From: a bacterium
Lineage (GTDB): Bacteria > Patescibacteriota > Minisyncoccia > UBA6257 > GWB1-50-10
Direction of reading: 5' to 3'
Assembly (NCBI GenBank): GCA_021811055.1
Contig: JAJZPU010000003.1
Span: 1-33,399 of the forward strand
DNA: 33,399 nt
In this document: positions 1 to 8,338 of the stretch, piece by piece
How positions within the stretch are numbered: position 1 is the first letter of the stretch
Layout: each line of letters begins with the position of its first letter
The notes under the pieces: generated by a model
The model's database searches: none
The model's input: the letters and a program-made list of their open reading frames with translations, nothing else
Told to the model about the DNA's origin: nothing
Position numbers and translations under genes: made by a program

Positions 1-1
1 C

Positions 2-295
2 GACGCATTATTTCTGAATTTCGACAAGGAGAGCGAAGTATATATAGAAGAAGCCGCCGCGCGATTAAGAAGCGAGGGGATCAAAACGGAAATTTATTTC
101 GGAAATGAGGAAACTATAAAGGGACAGCTCGCATATGCCTTGCATCATGGGGTGCTGATAGTGCTTCTTGCGGGATCGGATGAGAGGGGAAAGGGAACGA
201 TCCAGGTGAAGAACATTGCCGCGCGGACACAGGTGGAAGTCGACCGTTCCGAGGTCGGAAATACGATAAAAAAGATTCTCGGAAGGGAAATTTAG
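2..295 (+). CDS. hisS: Histidine--tRNA ligase, C-terminal anticodon-binding domain (5'-truncated by window edge)
   Basis: Manual translation of frame 2: DALFLNFDKESEVYIEEAAARLRSEGIKTEIYFGNEETIKGQLAYALHHGVLIVLLAGSDERGKGTIQVKNIAARTQVEV...REI*; matches the class IIa anticodon-binding pattern (LR..GI..E, QL.YA, G.DE...G.I.VKN); TAG at 293-295. Confidence 0.8.
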   Translation, partial: DALFLNFDKESEVYIEEAAARLRSEGIKTEIYFGNEETIKGQLAYALHHGVLIVLLAGSDERGKGTIQVKNIAARTQVEVDRSEVGNTIKKILGREI

Positions 296-304
296 TGATA
301 TACT
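296..304 (+). promoter_or_regulatory. Extended -10 promoter (TG-A-TATACT), probably leaderless hpf transcript
   Basis: TGATATACT at 296-304, 6 nt before the ATG at 311; no SD. Confidence 0.6.
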
Positions 305-310
305 GAGCGC

Positions 311-640
311 ATGAATATCACCATTGTAGCGAAGAAACTGGACTTAACACCATCGATAAAAAAGTTCATAGAAGATAAATTCGGGTCCCTTGCCCGAATG
401 GTTTCCTCATTCGAAAAAGAAGGAGAGCTTGATTGTTTCGTGGAGATCTCGCGGACAACGCGGCACCACAAGAGTGGAGAGGTGTTTTATACGGAGGCGA
501 CATTTAGACTTCCCGGAAAAACGCTTCGTGCCGAAGCGGCCGATCTGGATATACGCGTTGCGATCGACGGAGTGAAGGATACGCTCAAGGCGGAAATCAA
601 AAAATACAAGGAAAAAACGAACGAAAAAAGAAAAAAATAA
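311..640 (+). CDS. hpf: Ribosome hibernation factor HPF/RaiA (short form)
   Basis: MNITIVAKKLDLTPSIKKFIEDKF...E.TF.LPGKTLRAEA...D...AID pattern of the S30AE/HPF family; 109 aa. Confidence 0.9.
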   Translation: MNITIVAKKLDLTPSIKKFIEDKFGSLARMVSSFEKEGELDCFVEISRTTRHHKSGEVFYTEATFRLPGKTLRAEAADLDIRVAIDGVKDTLKAEIKKYKEKTNEKRKK

Positions 641-643
641 TAT

Positions 644-2191
644 ATGCCGAAAAAAACGAAATTTTTCAAAAATAAAAAAGTTATTATTGCGGGTATTGTA
701 CTCGTCCTCATTGTAGGTTCGTATTTTATTTTCGGAAGCGGCAAGGACGCGACACGGGAATTGGTCACGGTCATGCGCGGAGACGTCGTGGAAGAGGTGA
801 GTGTCACGGGAAAAGTGGTTCCCGCGAAGAGTATCGATCTCGCGTTCGAAAAAAACGGACGCATCACGCGTCTTCCCGCAACAGTGGGAAAAAAGGTGGC
901 GCAGGGAGAGACTCTCGCGCAGCTCGAGAATGGAGATTTGTGGGCGCAGATCACGCAAGCCGAAGCCACGTTGAAGACTCAGGAGGTTAAGCTCGATGAA
1001 TTGAAACGGGGATCGCGTCCGGAAGAGATCGCGATAAAACAGACGGAGCTGAAGCGCGCGGAGCAGGATCTGCTCAATTACTATCGGAGCGTTCGAGATG
1101 TATTGAACGATGCGTATGCGAAAGCGGATGATGCCGTACGCGCGAAAACAGATGATATTTTTTCCGATGACGATACGCCGAATCCGAAACTGGCATTCAC
1201 CTCTTCGAACACCCAAGGGGCGATCGATGTGGCGTCGATGCGCTATCGTGCGGGGATTGATCTTACGACATGGCGTGCCGAATTGCGGGCGATAAACGAC
1301 AACTCTTCGGAGGAGGAGATTTCCAAAGCGGTCCGTTCGGGAGAACAGTATCTTTCTTTCATACGCGATTTTCTCGCACGAACACTCGATGTTGTGGATG
1401 GAGCAACGGGAGTCGAGGCGACAACGATAAGCACCTATAAATCGAGTATTTACACGGGACGCACGAACGTGAATACGTCATATACATCGTTGAGTTCACA
1501 GGAACAGACGATCGCGTCGCAAAAAATAACAGTGGAACGCATAAAGAACGAATTGGCGCTTACGCTTGCTGGAGCATCATCGGAACAGATCGCGTCGCAG
1601 GAAGCACAGGTGGAACAGGCGCGCGGCAATCTCATGTATTATCGTACGCAATATGAAAAGACACTGCTTCGTGCGCCGTTTTCCGGTACGATAACAAAAG
1701 TGAGCGCGGAAGTGGGTGATATCACTTCGGGAACCCCCGTCGTATCGCTTATCGGATCGGGAAATTTCGAAATAGAAGCGAATATCGCGGAATCTGATAT
1801 CGCGAAAGTAAAAGTGGGGAACACGGCAAAGGTGACGCTTGATGCATATGGCAAGGGAGTTCTTTTTGAAGCGACGATAACGCAGATAGATCTTTCCGAA
1901 ACGGTACTCGAGGGAGTTGCGACGTATAAGACGAAATTTCAGTTCAAGGATAAGGATGATCGGATCCTTCCCGGGCTTACCGCCGATGTGGATGTTATGA
2001 GCGGAAAGAAGGAGAATGTGCTTTTCGTTCCCACACGGAATATCGTGATCGACGGCGGAAAATATTTTGTAATGAAAATTGATGGAGAGAACACCACGAA
2101 GACGGAAATCACGACGGGATTGCGCGGTTCGGACGGACGGACCGAAGTGCTTTCCGGAGTGAACGAGGGCGACAGTATCGGAATCGAATAA
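644..2191 (+). CDS. MacA/HlyD-like efflux periplasmic adaptor with long coiled coil
   Basis: N-terminal TM anchor, lipoyl-like halves (G.I..L...VG..V..GE.LA; LRAPFSG.I), PGLTA.V.V and GLRG C-terminal motifs. Confidence 0.88.
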   Translation: MPKKTKFFKNKKVIIAGIVLVLIVGSYFIFGSGKDATRELVTVMRGDVVEEVSVTGKVVPAKSIDLAFEKNGRITRLPATVGKKVAQGETLAQLENGDLWAQITQAEATLKTQEVKLDELKRGSRPEEIAIKQTELKRAEQDLLNYYRSVRDVLNDAYAKADDAVRAKTDDIFSDDDTPNPKLAFTSSNTQGAIDVASMRYRAGIDLTTWRAELRAINDNSSEEEISKAVRSGEQYLSFIRDFLARTLDVVDGATGVEATTISTYKSSIYTGRTNVNTSYTSLSSQEQTIASQKITVERIKNELALTLAGASSEQIASQEAQVEQARGNLMYYRTQYEKTLLRAPFSGTITKVSAEVGDITSGTPVVSLIGSGNFEIEANIAESDIAKVKVGNTAKVTLDAYGKGVLFEATITQIDLSETVLEGVATYKTKFQFKDKDDRILPGLTADVDVMSGKKENVLFVPTRNIVIDGGKYFVMKIDGENTTKTEITTGLRGSDGRTEVLSGVNEGDSIGIE

Positions 2192-2195
2192 TCAT

Positions 2196-2918
2196 ATGGA
2201 GGCGCTTATACGGACGGAAAAACTCGAGAAGGTATATATGAACGAGGATGTGTCGACGACGGCTCTTGAGAACATAGCCCTCTCTATAAAGGAGGGTGAG
2301 TTTGTTGCCATTGTCGGTCCCTCAGGATCGGGAAAATCGACACTCATGCAGATACTCGGATGTCTCGACCGTCCGACGGGAGGGAAATATTTTTTCGAGG
2401 GAAAAGAGATCCATAATTATACCGACGACGAATTTGCACGGATACGGAATGAAAAAATAGGATTTGTGTTTCAGGCGTTCAATCTCCTGCCCCGGCTTAC
2501 GGTGCTCGAGAATGTGGCGTTGCCGCTTATGTACAGAGGAATTCCTCCAAGAGAACGCATGAAAAAGGCGAAAGAAATGATCGATCTCGTGGAGCTTTCC
2601 GACAGATCGAACTATCAGACGTCGCGGTTATCGGGAGGACAAAAGCAACGCGTTGCGATCGCGCGAGCGCTCGTGAACGATCCGAAGATCATCTTTGCCG
2701 ACGAACCGACGGGGAATCTCGATTCAAAATCGGGAGGTATCGTGCTTGGATTTTTGCAGGAACTGAACGATCGCGGACACACCATCGTTATCGTGACGCA
2801 TGAATCGTATGTTGCCGAAGCGAGCGACAGGATAGTGCATATCATTGACGGAAAAATAGACAAGGACGAGAAAGTACTTCATCGACGCATCGTCGCGCGC
2901 GAAGGATTCAAAAAATAA
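2196..2918 (+). CDS. ABC transporter ATP-binding protein (MacB/LolD-like)
   Basis: Walker A GPSGSGKS, signature [21 protein letters not shown]. Confidence 0.95.
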   Translation: MEALIRTEKLEKVYMNEDVSTTALENIALSIKEGEFVAIVGPSGSGKSTLMQILGCLDRPTGGKYFFEGKEIHNYTDDEFARIRNEKIGFVFQAFNLLPRLTVLENVALPLMYRGIPPRERMKKAKEMIDLVELSDRSNYQTSRLSGGQKQRVAIARALVNDPKIIFADEPTGNLDSKSGGIVLGFLQELNDRGHTIVIVTHESYVAEASDRIVHIIDGKIDKDEKVLHRRIVAREGFKK

Positions 2919-2922
2919 CCGT

Positions 2923-4164
2923 ATGAGATTCCGCGATTCCATTATTACCGCGAAAAAAGGAATCTCCGTGCACAAGAACAGATCGGCACTCACCGTGCTG
3001 GGTATTGTGATCGGAATTGCTTCGATCATGACGATCATGTCCATGGGTCAAAGTGCCGAGGGTCTGGTGATGGGAGAGATACAGCGTTTCGGTCCCTCGA
3101 ACATATTTCTGTTGCCCGGACGTCAGCCAACCGGTCCGAGCGACAGCGCAGGGACGCTTTTAAACGATTCGTTGAAACAGAAGGATTTCGAGGATTTACA
3201 AAAAAAATCGAATGTGCCGGGAGTGAAAAACGTAATTCCGTATGCGTTCGGATATGTGACGGCATCGTATGATTCCGAAATTTATGACGCAATGGTGATC
3301 GGCAGTACGGAGATCATGAAGAAAAACTTTGATCTTTCTATCGCCCGGGGTTCGTTTTTTGGAAAGACCGATGTCGATGAGAAAGAAAAAGTCGTGGTGA
3401 TTGGGGATAAGGTGCGGGAGGATCTTTTTGGAAATGTAGATCCCATTGGCGAAAAAATACAGCTGAAAAATCAGAAATTCAGAGTCATCGGTGTGCTTGA
3501 GCCCGAAGGACAAGGATCCTTTATCGATTTCAACAAAGCGGTACTCGCTCCCTATACCACCATCCAAGAAAATGTGCTCGGTATCCGTTATTTCAACCGC
3601 ATTGTGGTTGAAGCGGAATCGATAGAAAAAGTTCCCGAGGTTATTCGTGATGTGAAGTCGCTTTTGAGAAACAACCACAACATTGACGATCCGGAGAAGG
3701 ACGATTTTTTCATTCAAACGCAGGAAAGCATCGTGAATCAGGTAAAAACAATCACGGGAATTCTTACGGTGTTACTTTCTTCCGTTGCCGCGATTTCTCT
3801 TGTTGTGGGAGGTGTCGGGATCATGAACATCATGCTTGTGTCGGTTACGGAACGCACGAAGGAGATCGGATTGCGTAAGGCGCTCGGGGCATCGAACAGC
3901 GACATACTCGCGCAATTTTTGTATGAAGCACTGCTTCTTACGGGACTCGGCGGGATAATCGGAGTGGCGCTCGGAGCGGTATTAACATTCATACTTTCAT
4001 ATGCCGCACGGACATTCGGGGGTCTCAATTTTCCATTTTCATTTTCAATCAATGGACTAATGCTTGGAATAGTCGTGTCCGTATCCATCGGTGTTGTTTT
4101 CGGCATATTTCCCGCGCGGAAAGCTTCTAAAAAGAGTCCGATTGAATCATTACACTACGAATAA
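2923..4164 (+). CDS. MacB/FtsX-family ABC permease
   Basis: RS.LT.LGIVIG, GGVGIMNIMLVSVTERTKEIGLRKALGA, PA.KAS..SPIESL.YE. Confidence 0.93.
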   Translation: MRFRDSIITAKKGISVHKNRSALTVLGIVIGIASIMTIMSMGQSAEGLVMGEIQRFGPSNIFLLPGRQPTGPSDSAGTLLNDSLKQKDFEDLQKKSNVPGVKNVIPYAFGYVTASYDSEIYDAMVIGSTEIMKKNFDLSIARGSFFGKTDVDEKEKVVVIGDKVREDLFGNVDPIGEKIQLKNQKFRVIGVLEPEGQGSFIDFNKAVLAPYTTIQENVLGIRYFNRIVVEAESIEKVPEVIRDVKSLLRNNHNIDDPEKDDFFIQTQESIVNQVKTITGILTVLLSSVAAISLVVGGVGIMNIMLVSVTERTKEIGLRKALGASNSDILAQFLYEALLLTGLGGIIGVALGAVLTFILSYAARTFGGLNFPFSFSINGLMLGIVVSVSIGVVFGIFPARKASKKSPIESLHYE

Positions 4165-4166
4165 CC

Positions 4167-5420
4167 ATGAATTTAAAAGACACCATACGCACCGCAATTC
4201 AGGCGCTCGTGACGCACAAAGGAAGATCGATACTCACCATTCTTGGTATTGTAATCGGCATCAGTGCGATCATGATCGTAATGTCGATGGGGGACAGCGC
4301 AACACAACTTATCGTAAAGGAAATACAGTCATTCGGATCGGAAAATGTTTTTATAAATCCCGGGAAGCCATCAGACGGATTGTTCAGTTTTGGAGGACAG
4401 AGCGCGGCATTACTTTTGAAATCCCTCACCGAAAAAGATGTGGAAAGCCTGCGTGATCCGGCAAATGTTCCCGATGCGATCATCGTAAATCCGGCCGTAA
4501 ACGGATCAGCGTCAATTTCTTTTGAATCTGAAACGAAAACGGTTTCAATGATTGGGAGCGGTGCCGAAGGGTTCGATATTTACAACATATCGGTCGGATT
4601 GGGAAGAAAATTCACGAAAGAGGAAGTGGACGATAAGGCGGCGGTCATTGTTATCGGAAAAAATATCGTGAAGGAACTTTTTGGATCGGAGTCGGCAAAT
4701 CCGGTCGGAGAGAAAATAAAGATAAAAGATAAACGTTTTCGTATCGTGGGCGTTCTTTCCACGTTTGGTACATCGATGTTCGGAATTGATGATATGGTGA
4801 TGATGCCCTATTCGTCTATGCAGCAGTATGTTCTGGGCGTCAGGCACTTTCATGAAATTGCCGTTACGGCACGGACTGCCGACGCGGTACCGGCGATGGT
4901 AAAGGACATAAAACTAACTCTTAGGGATAACCACGACATTGAGGATCCTTCGGATGATGATTTTATTGTGAGTACGCAGGAAGACATTATAAAAAGCGTC
5001 AACAGTATATTGGGTGCCATCACCGTATTTCTCGCTTTTGTCGCGGCGATTTCTCTTGTTGTGGGAGGTGTCGGAGTTATGAATATTATGTTTGTTTCCG
5101 TCACGGAACGCACAAAGGAAATAGGACTTCGAAAAGCGTTGGGTGCGACAAATAAGAATATATTGACGCAGTTTCTCATAGAGGCCGTTTTTCTGACATC
5201 GCTCGGAGGTATCTTCGGGATCATTGTCGGTGCGCTTATCACGTTTTTGGGGGTTGTCGCGGCTTCGTTTTTTACGGGTATCAATTTTCCCTTCCTGTTC
5301 TCCTATTGGGGCGCCTTCCTCGGCATCCTCGTTTCGGGTGGCATTGGCATTGCGTTCGGTATATTTCCCGCATATCAGGCGTCGAAAAAAAGTCCTATTG
5401 AGGCGTTGCGCGACGACTAA
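4167..5420 (+). CDS. MacB/FtsX-family ABC permease (tandem paralog)
   Basis: Same conserved motifs as the upstream permease. Confidence 0.93.
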   Translation: MNLKDTIRTAIQALVTHKGRSILTILGIVIGISAIMIVMSMGDSATQLIVKEIQSFGSENVFINPGKPSDGLFSFGGQSAALLLKSLTEKDVESLRDPANVPDAIIVNPAVNGSASISFESETKTVSMIGSGAEGFDIYNISVGLGRKFTKEEVDDKAAVIVIGKNIVKELFGSESANPVGEKIKIKDKRFRIVGVLSTFGTSMFGIDDMVMMPYSSMQQYVLGVRHFHEIAVTARTADAVPAMVKDIKLTLRDNHDIEDPSDDDFIVSTQEDIIKSVNSILGAITVFLAFVAAISLVVGGVGVMNIMFVSVTERTKEIGLRKALGATNKNILTQFLIEAVFLTSLGGIFGIIVGALITFLGVVAASFFTGINFPFLFSYWGAFLGILVSGGIGIAFGIFPAYQASKKSPIEALRDD

Positions 5421-5425
5421 ACAGT

Positions 5426-6130
5426 ATGAAACAACATCGTTTTTTTATCGGGGAAAATAGCATTAAAAAAGAGGGAACACACACGGATGCCGAACTTGCG
5501 CATCAGTTGAAGAAAGTGCTTCGCATGAGATCCGGAGCTACCGTCGTATTTTTCGACGCGTCCGGAAATGAATATACCGTACTGCTTAAAGAAGTGAATG
5601 GATCGGATATCGTGTATGAGATAACGGATAGTAAAAAGAACAATGAAGAAAAAAGGAGAGTGCATCTTTTTGCGAGTATTATAAAACGGGAAAATTTCGA
5701 ATGGATCGTGCAGAAAGCAACCGAATGCGGCGTGTCGGATATTACGCCGATACAGACCGAACGAACGGTGAAGATGGACCTGAAGATGGAGCGATTGAAA
5801 AAAATAATAAAAGAAGCCGCGGAACAGTCGGGACGGGGATACATACCCGAGCTTTTCCCCATAAAAAAATTCAGTGATGTTATGGCGCACGAAGACGGGA
5901 ACGCGATGTCCGTGTTGTGCGATGGAAGTGGCGGGAATGGCGCTGCGGTTTTCGGGAAGAATACGGACATACGGATATTTGTCGGTCCGGAGGGGGGATG
6001 GACCGAACATGAACTTGGATCGGCAAAGGAGAAGGGTATACATATAGTGAACCTCGGATTATTCACGCTGCGTGCGGAAACCGCGGCGGTTATTGCGGCG
6101 TATCTAGGCGTCAATGAAAACAAAGGATAA
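5426..6130 (+). CDS. rsmE: 16S rRNA m3U1498 methyltransferase RsmE
   Basis: H..KVLRM..G, QKATE.GV..I.P..TER, EAAEQSGR, VGPEGGW, LG..TLRAETA. Confidence 0.95.
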   Translation: MKQHRFFIGENSIKKEGTHTDAELAHQLKKVLRMRSGATVVFFDASGNEYTVLLKEVNGSDIVYEITDSKKNNEEKRRVHLFASIIKRENFEWIVQKATECGVSDITPIQTERTVKMDLKMERLKKIIKEAAEQSGRGYIPELFPIKKFSDVMAHEDGNAMSVLCDGSGGNGAAVFGKNTDIRIFVGPEGGWTEHELGSAKEKGIHIVNLGLFTLRAETAAVIAAYLGVNENKG

Positions 6131-6743
6131 AAAAATACGCGCGCGGAACATACTGAAAGGGCTTAAAAAGCTTTTACCGGACGCGGGGATGATGCTCAAA
6201 TATTCGAATAACTGGGAGCTTTTGGTCGCGGTGATGCTTTCGGCGCAATGCACCGACAAAAAAGTGAACGAAGTGACGCGACATCTTTTTAAGAAATACC
6301 GGTCACTTGAACAATATATTCATGCGGACCATCGGGAATTCGAACGGGATATTTATCAGACGGGATTTTATAAAAACAAAACAAAAAATATTCTTGCCGC
6401 GGCGCGGTACATAAAAGAACATCATGGAGGAAAGATACCGAAAACGATGGCGGAAATGATACGAATCCCCGGCGTTGGAAGAAAGACCGCGAATGTCGTG
6501 CTTGGAAATGCGTACGGAGTTGTCGAAGGGATCGCGGTCGACACCCACGTTGCCCGTCTCTCGCAAAAACTCGGATTTTCAAAATACAGGAACCCCGAAA
6601 AAATAGAGAAAGATCTTATGGAACTGTTCATGAAAAAAGACTGGTTCCAGCTCACCTATTATCTTATCGAGTATGGGAGAAAGTATTGCCCTGCGCGAAA
6701 GCATGCTCATGAAAATTGTCCGCTCACAAAATTCGAGAGATAA
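6114..6743 (+). CDS. nth: Endonuclease III (HhH-GPD glycosylase) with degenerate Fe-S motif
   Basis: LLVAVMLSAQCTDKKVN, HhH IPGVGRKTANVV, AVDTHV; overlaps rsmE by 17 nt. Confidence 0.93.
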   Translation: MKTKDKKIRARNILKGLKKLLPDAGMMLKYSNNWELLVAVMLSAQCTDKKVNEVTRHLFKKYRSLEQYIHADHREFERDIYQTGFYKNKTKNILAAARYIKEHHGGKIPKTMAEMIRIPGVGRKTANVVLGNAYGVVEGIAVDTHVARLSQKLGFSKYRNPEKIEKDLMELFMKKDWFQLTYYLIEYGRKYCPARKHAHENCPLTKFER

Positions 6744-6752
6744 TTCTTCCAT

Positions 6753-6780
6753 TTGACATAACCACGATTTTCCGTAGACT
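6753..6780 (+). promoter_or_regulatory. Sigma70-type promoter for tRNA-Ala
   Basis: TTGACA (6753-6758), 16-nt spacer, TAGACT (6775-6780), 15 nt before the tRNA. Confidence 0.65.
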
Positions 6781-6795
6781 GGAGAATAGTATTTT

Positions 6796-6869
6796 GCGGG
6801 TATAGCTCAATTGGCGAGAGCGCTTCCCTTGCAAGGAAGAGGTTGCGGGTTCGAATCCTGTTACCTGCA
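6796..6869 (+). tRNA. tRNA-Ala(TGC)
   Basis: Acceptor GCGGGTA/TACCTGC with G3:U70 and A73; anticodon arm CTTCC-CT TGC AA-GGAAG; T-loop GGTTCGAATC; CCA not encoded. Confidence 0.93.
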
Positions 6870-7005
6870 CGCAGCCGGAAATTATACGGTCGCTCCGGAC
6901 ATGACCGGAAATTTCCGTTCCTTGGGCAACGTATCGCCTATTCTTTGAGGCGTTGGTTGTAGGTATAACAAAACCTTCAGTTGCTCAAGCGATATTTTTA
7001 TTTGT

Positions 7006-7034
7006 AACCCTTCTGAAACGAAGGGTTTATATTT
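7006..7034 (+). terminator. Possible intrinsic terminator
   Basis: AACCCTTC-TGAAAC-GAAGGGTT followed by T-rich TATATTT. Confidence 0.45.
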
Positions 7035-7068
7035 ACCATATGCCTGTTTTATGGCACTATAAAAACAC

Positions 7069-7152
7069 GCCCGGGTGTCGGAACTGGTAGACGATCACGA
7101 CTCAAAATCGTGTGGCCGTAAGGCCGTGTGGGTTCAAGTCCCACCTCGGGCA
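7069..7152 (+). tRNA. tRNA-Leu(CAA)
   Basis: Acceptor GCCCGGG/CTCGGGC with A73; anticodon arm CACGA-CT CAA AA-TCGTG; long variable arm GGCC-GTAA-GGCC; T-loop GGTTCAAGTCC. Confidence 0.95.
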
Positions 7153-7158
7153 CGACAT

Positions 7159-8157
7159 ATGCCAGCACGCACTATTGCAATATTCAACCAAAAAGGAGGA
7201 GTGGGAAAAACGACCACCGCAATGAATCTGAGCGGGTATTGTGCTATGCTCGGAAAAAAGACGCTCCTTATCGATTTCGATTCACAGTTCAACGCAACGG
7301 TCGGACTCGGTGTCCGCCATGCTCCCGATGAAACGATCTATCACGCGCTTCTCGGGGGAAAGCATCCTTGGGAAGTCATCCGTCGCACATATCTTGCGGG
7401 TCTCGATCTCGCGCCCGCGACATCCGATCTCGCCGGCGCGCTCATCGAAATGGTGGAAGTTCCCCGCCGCGAATATTTGTTGAGAAAATTCGTGGAAGCG
7501 GTACGCGGCGAGTATGACTATATTTTCGTCGATCTGGGACCAAGTCTGAATCTGCTTACCATAAACGGACTGCTTGCGGCGGATGAGGTTATCATTCCCG
7601 TACAGTGCGAATATTACAGTCTCGAAGGGATCGCTCAGGTGCTCGAGACGCTCGATCTCATACGAAAGAATTTGAATCATCCGATAAAGATCGGAGGAGC
7701 GCTTCTTACGATGTATGACAAGCGTGAAAAACTTTCAAGGGAGATCGCGCGGGAAATCAGACGCCGTTTTCCGTATCATGTGTACGACATAGAAATTCCG
7801 CGGTCGGTGGCGCTTGCCGAAGCGCCGAGTTTTCAAAAACCAATCATGTTGTATGCGCCGCAGAGTCCCGGCGCGTTGGCGTATGAAGAGCTTGCAAAAG
7901 AGCTCATCGGGGAAATTCCACGGACGAAGAGCGAAATATCGTCGTTTTATAAAAAGACCTATCCCGAAGAATTGAAAGTGGATCTGCGGCCGTCACCCAC
8001 GCCCGTACGCGACGAAAAAGAATATGTGGTTGAATACGGCACATATCTTCCGGATGTGCCGGAGGAGGTTCCGCCGCCGCTTATCCTTATGATTCACGAA
8101 CACATGGATCCGGAGAGTGCCGGAGAAAACACCATATCTCCCGTCGGCGCGTTTTAA
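7159..8157 (+). CDS. parA: ParA/Soj chromosome-partitioning ATPase with C-terminal extension
   Basis: NQKGGVGKTTT deviant Walker A, LIDFDSQ.NAT, IIPVQCEYYSLEG, IPRSV.LAEAPS; start moved to ATG 7159 because the ORF-track start (7075) lies inside tRNA-Leu. Confidence 0.93.
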   Translation: MPARTIAIFNQKGGVGKTTTAMNLSGYCAMLGKKTLLIDFDSQFNATVGLGVRHAPDETIYHALLGGKHPWEVIRRTYLAGLDLAPATSDLAGALIEMVEVPRREYLLRKFVEAVRGEYDYIFVDLGPSLNLLTINGLLAADEVIIPVQCEYYSLEGIAQVLETLDLIRKNLNHPIKIGGALLTMYDKREKLSREIAREIRRRFPYHVYDIEIPRSVALAEAPSFQKPIMLYAPQSPGALAYEELAKELIGEIPRTKSEISSFYKKTYPEELKVDLRPSPTPVRDEKEYVVEYGTYLPDVPEEVPPPLILMIHEHMDPESAGENTISPVGAF

Positions 8158-8198
8158 GAGCGATACACCCGTTGTGCACAATCGAATTTTTTGCGGGG

Positions 8199-8226
8199 TT
8201 GACGCCATGCGCACCTTTTGTATCAT
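8199..8226 (+). promoter_or_regulatory. Sigma70-type promoter in the parA-parB spacer
   Basis: TTGACG (8199-8204), 16 nt, TATCAT (8221-8226). Confidence 0.55.
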
Positions 8227-8338
8227 TGGTAGTGGTTTCTATTATGTGCGCGAATCGGCTGCGGACTGAATGTCCGGCCGGCAGGAGGTTCGTATGTACG
8301 TTTGCGGACATGATATGGATCCGTGTACACGTTAAACG

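Noticed and set aside
6921-6989. Hammerhead ribozyme or c-di-GMP riboswitch reading of the three-way junction
   Set aside because: Core motifs (CUGANGA with GAAA; GNRA loop plus receptor) are absent on both strands
7075-7158. N-terminal 28 aa of the 360-aa ParA ORF
   Set aside because: Lies inside tRNA-Leu; ParA homology starts at ATG 7159
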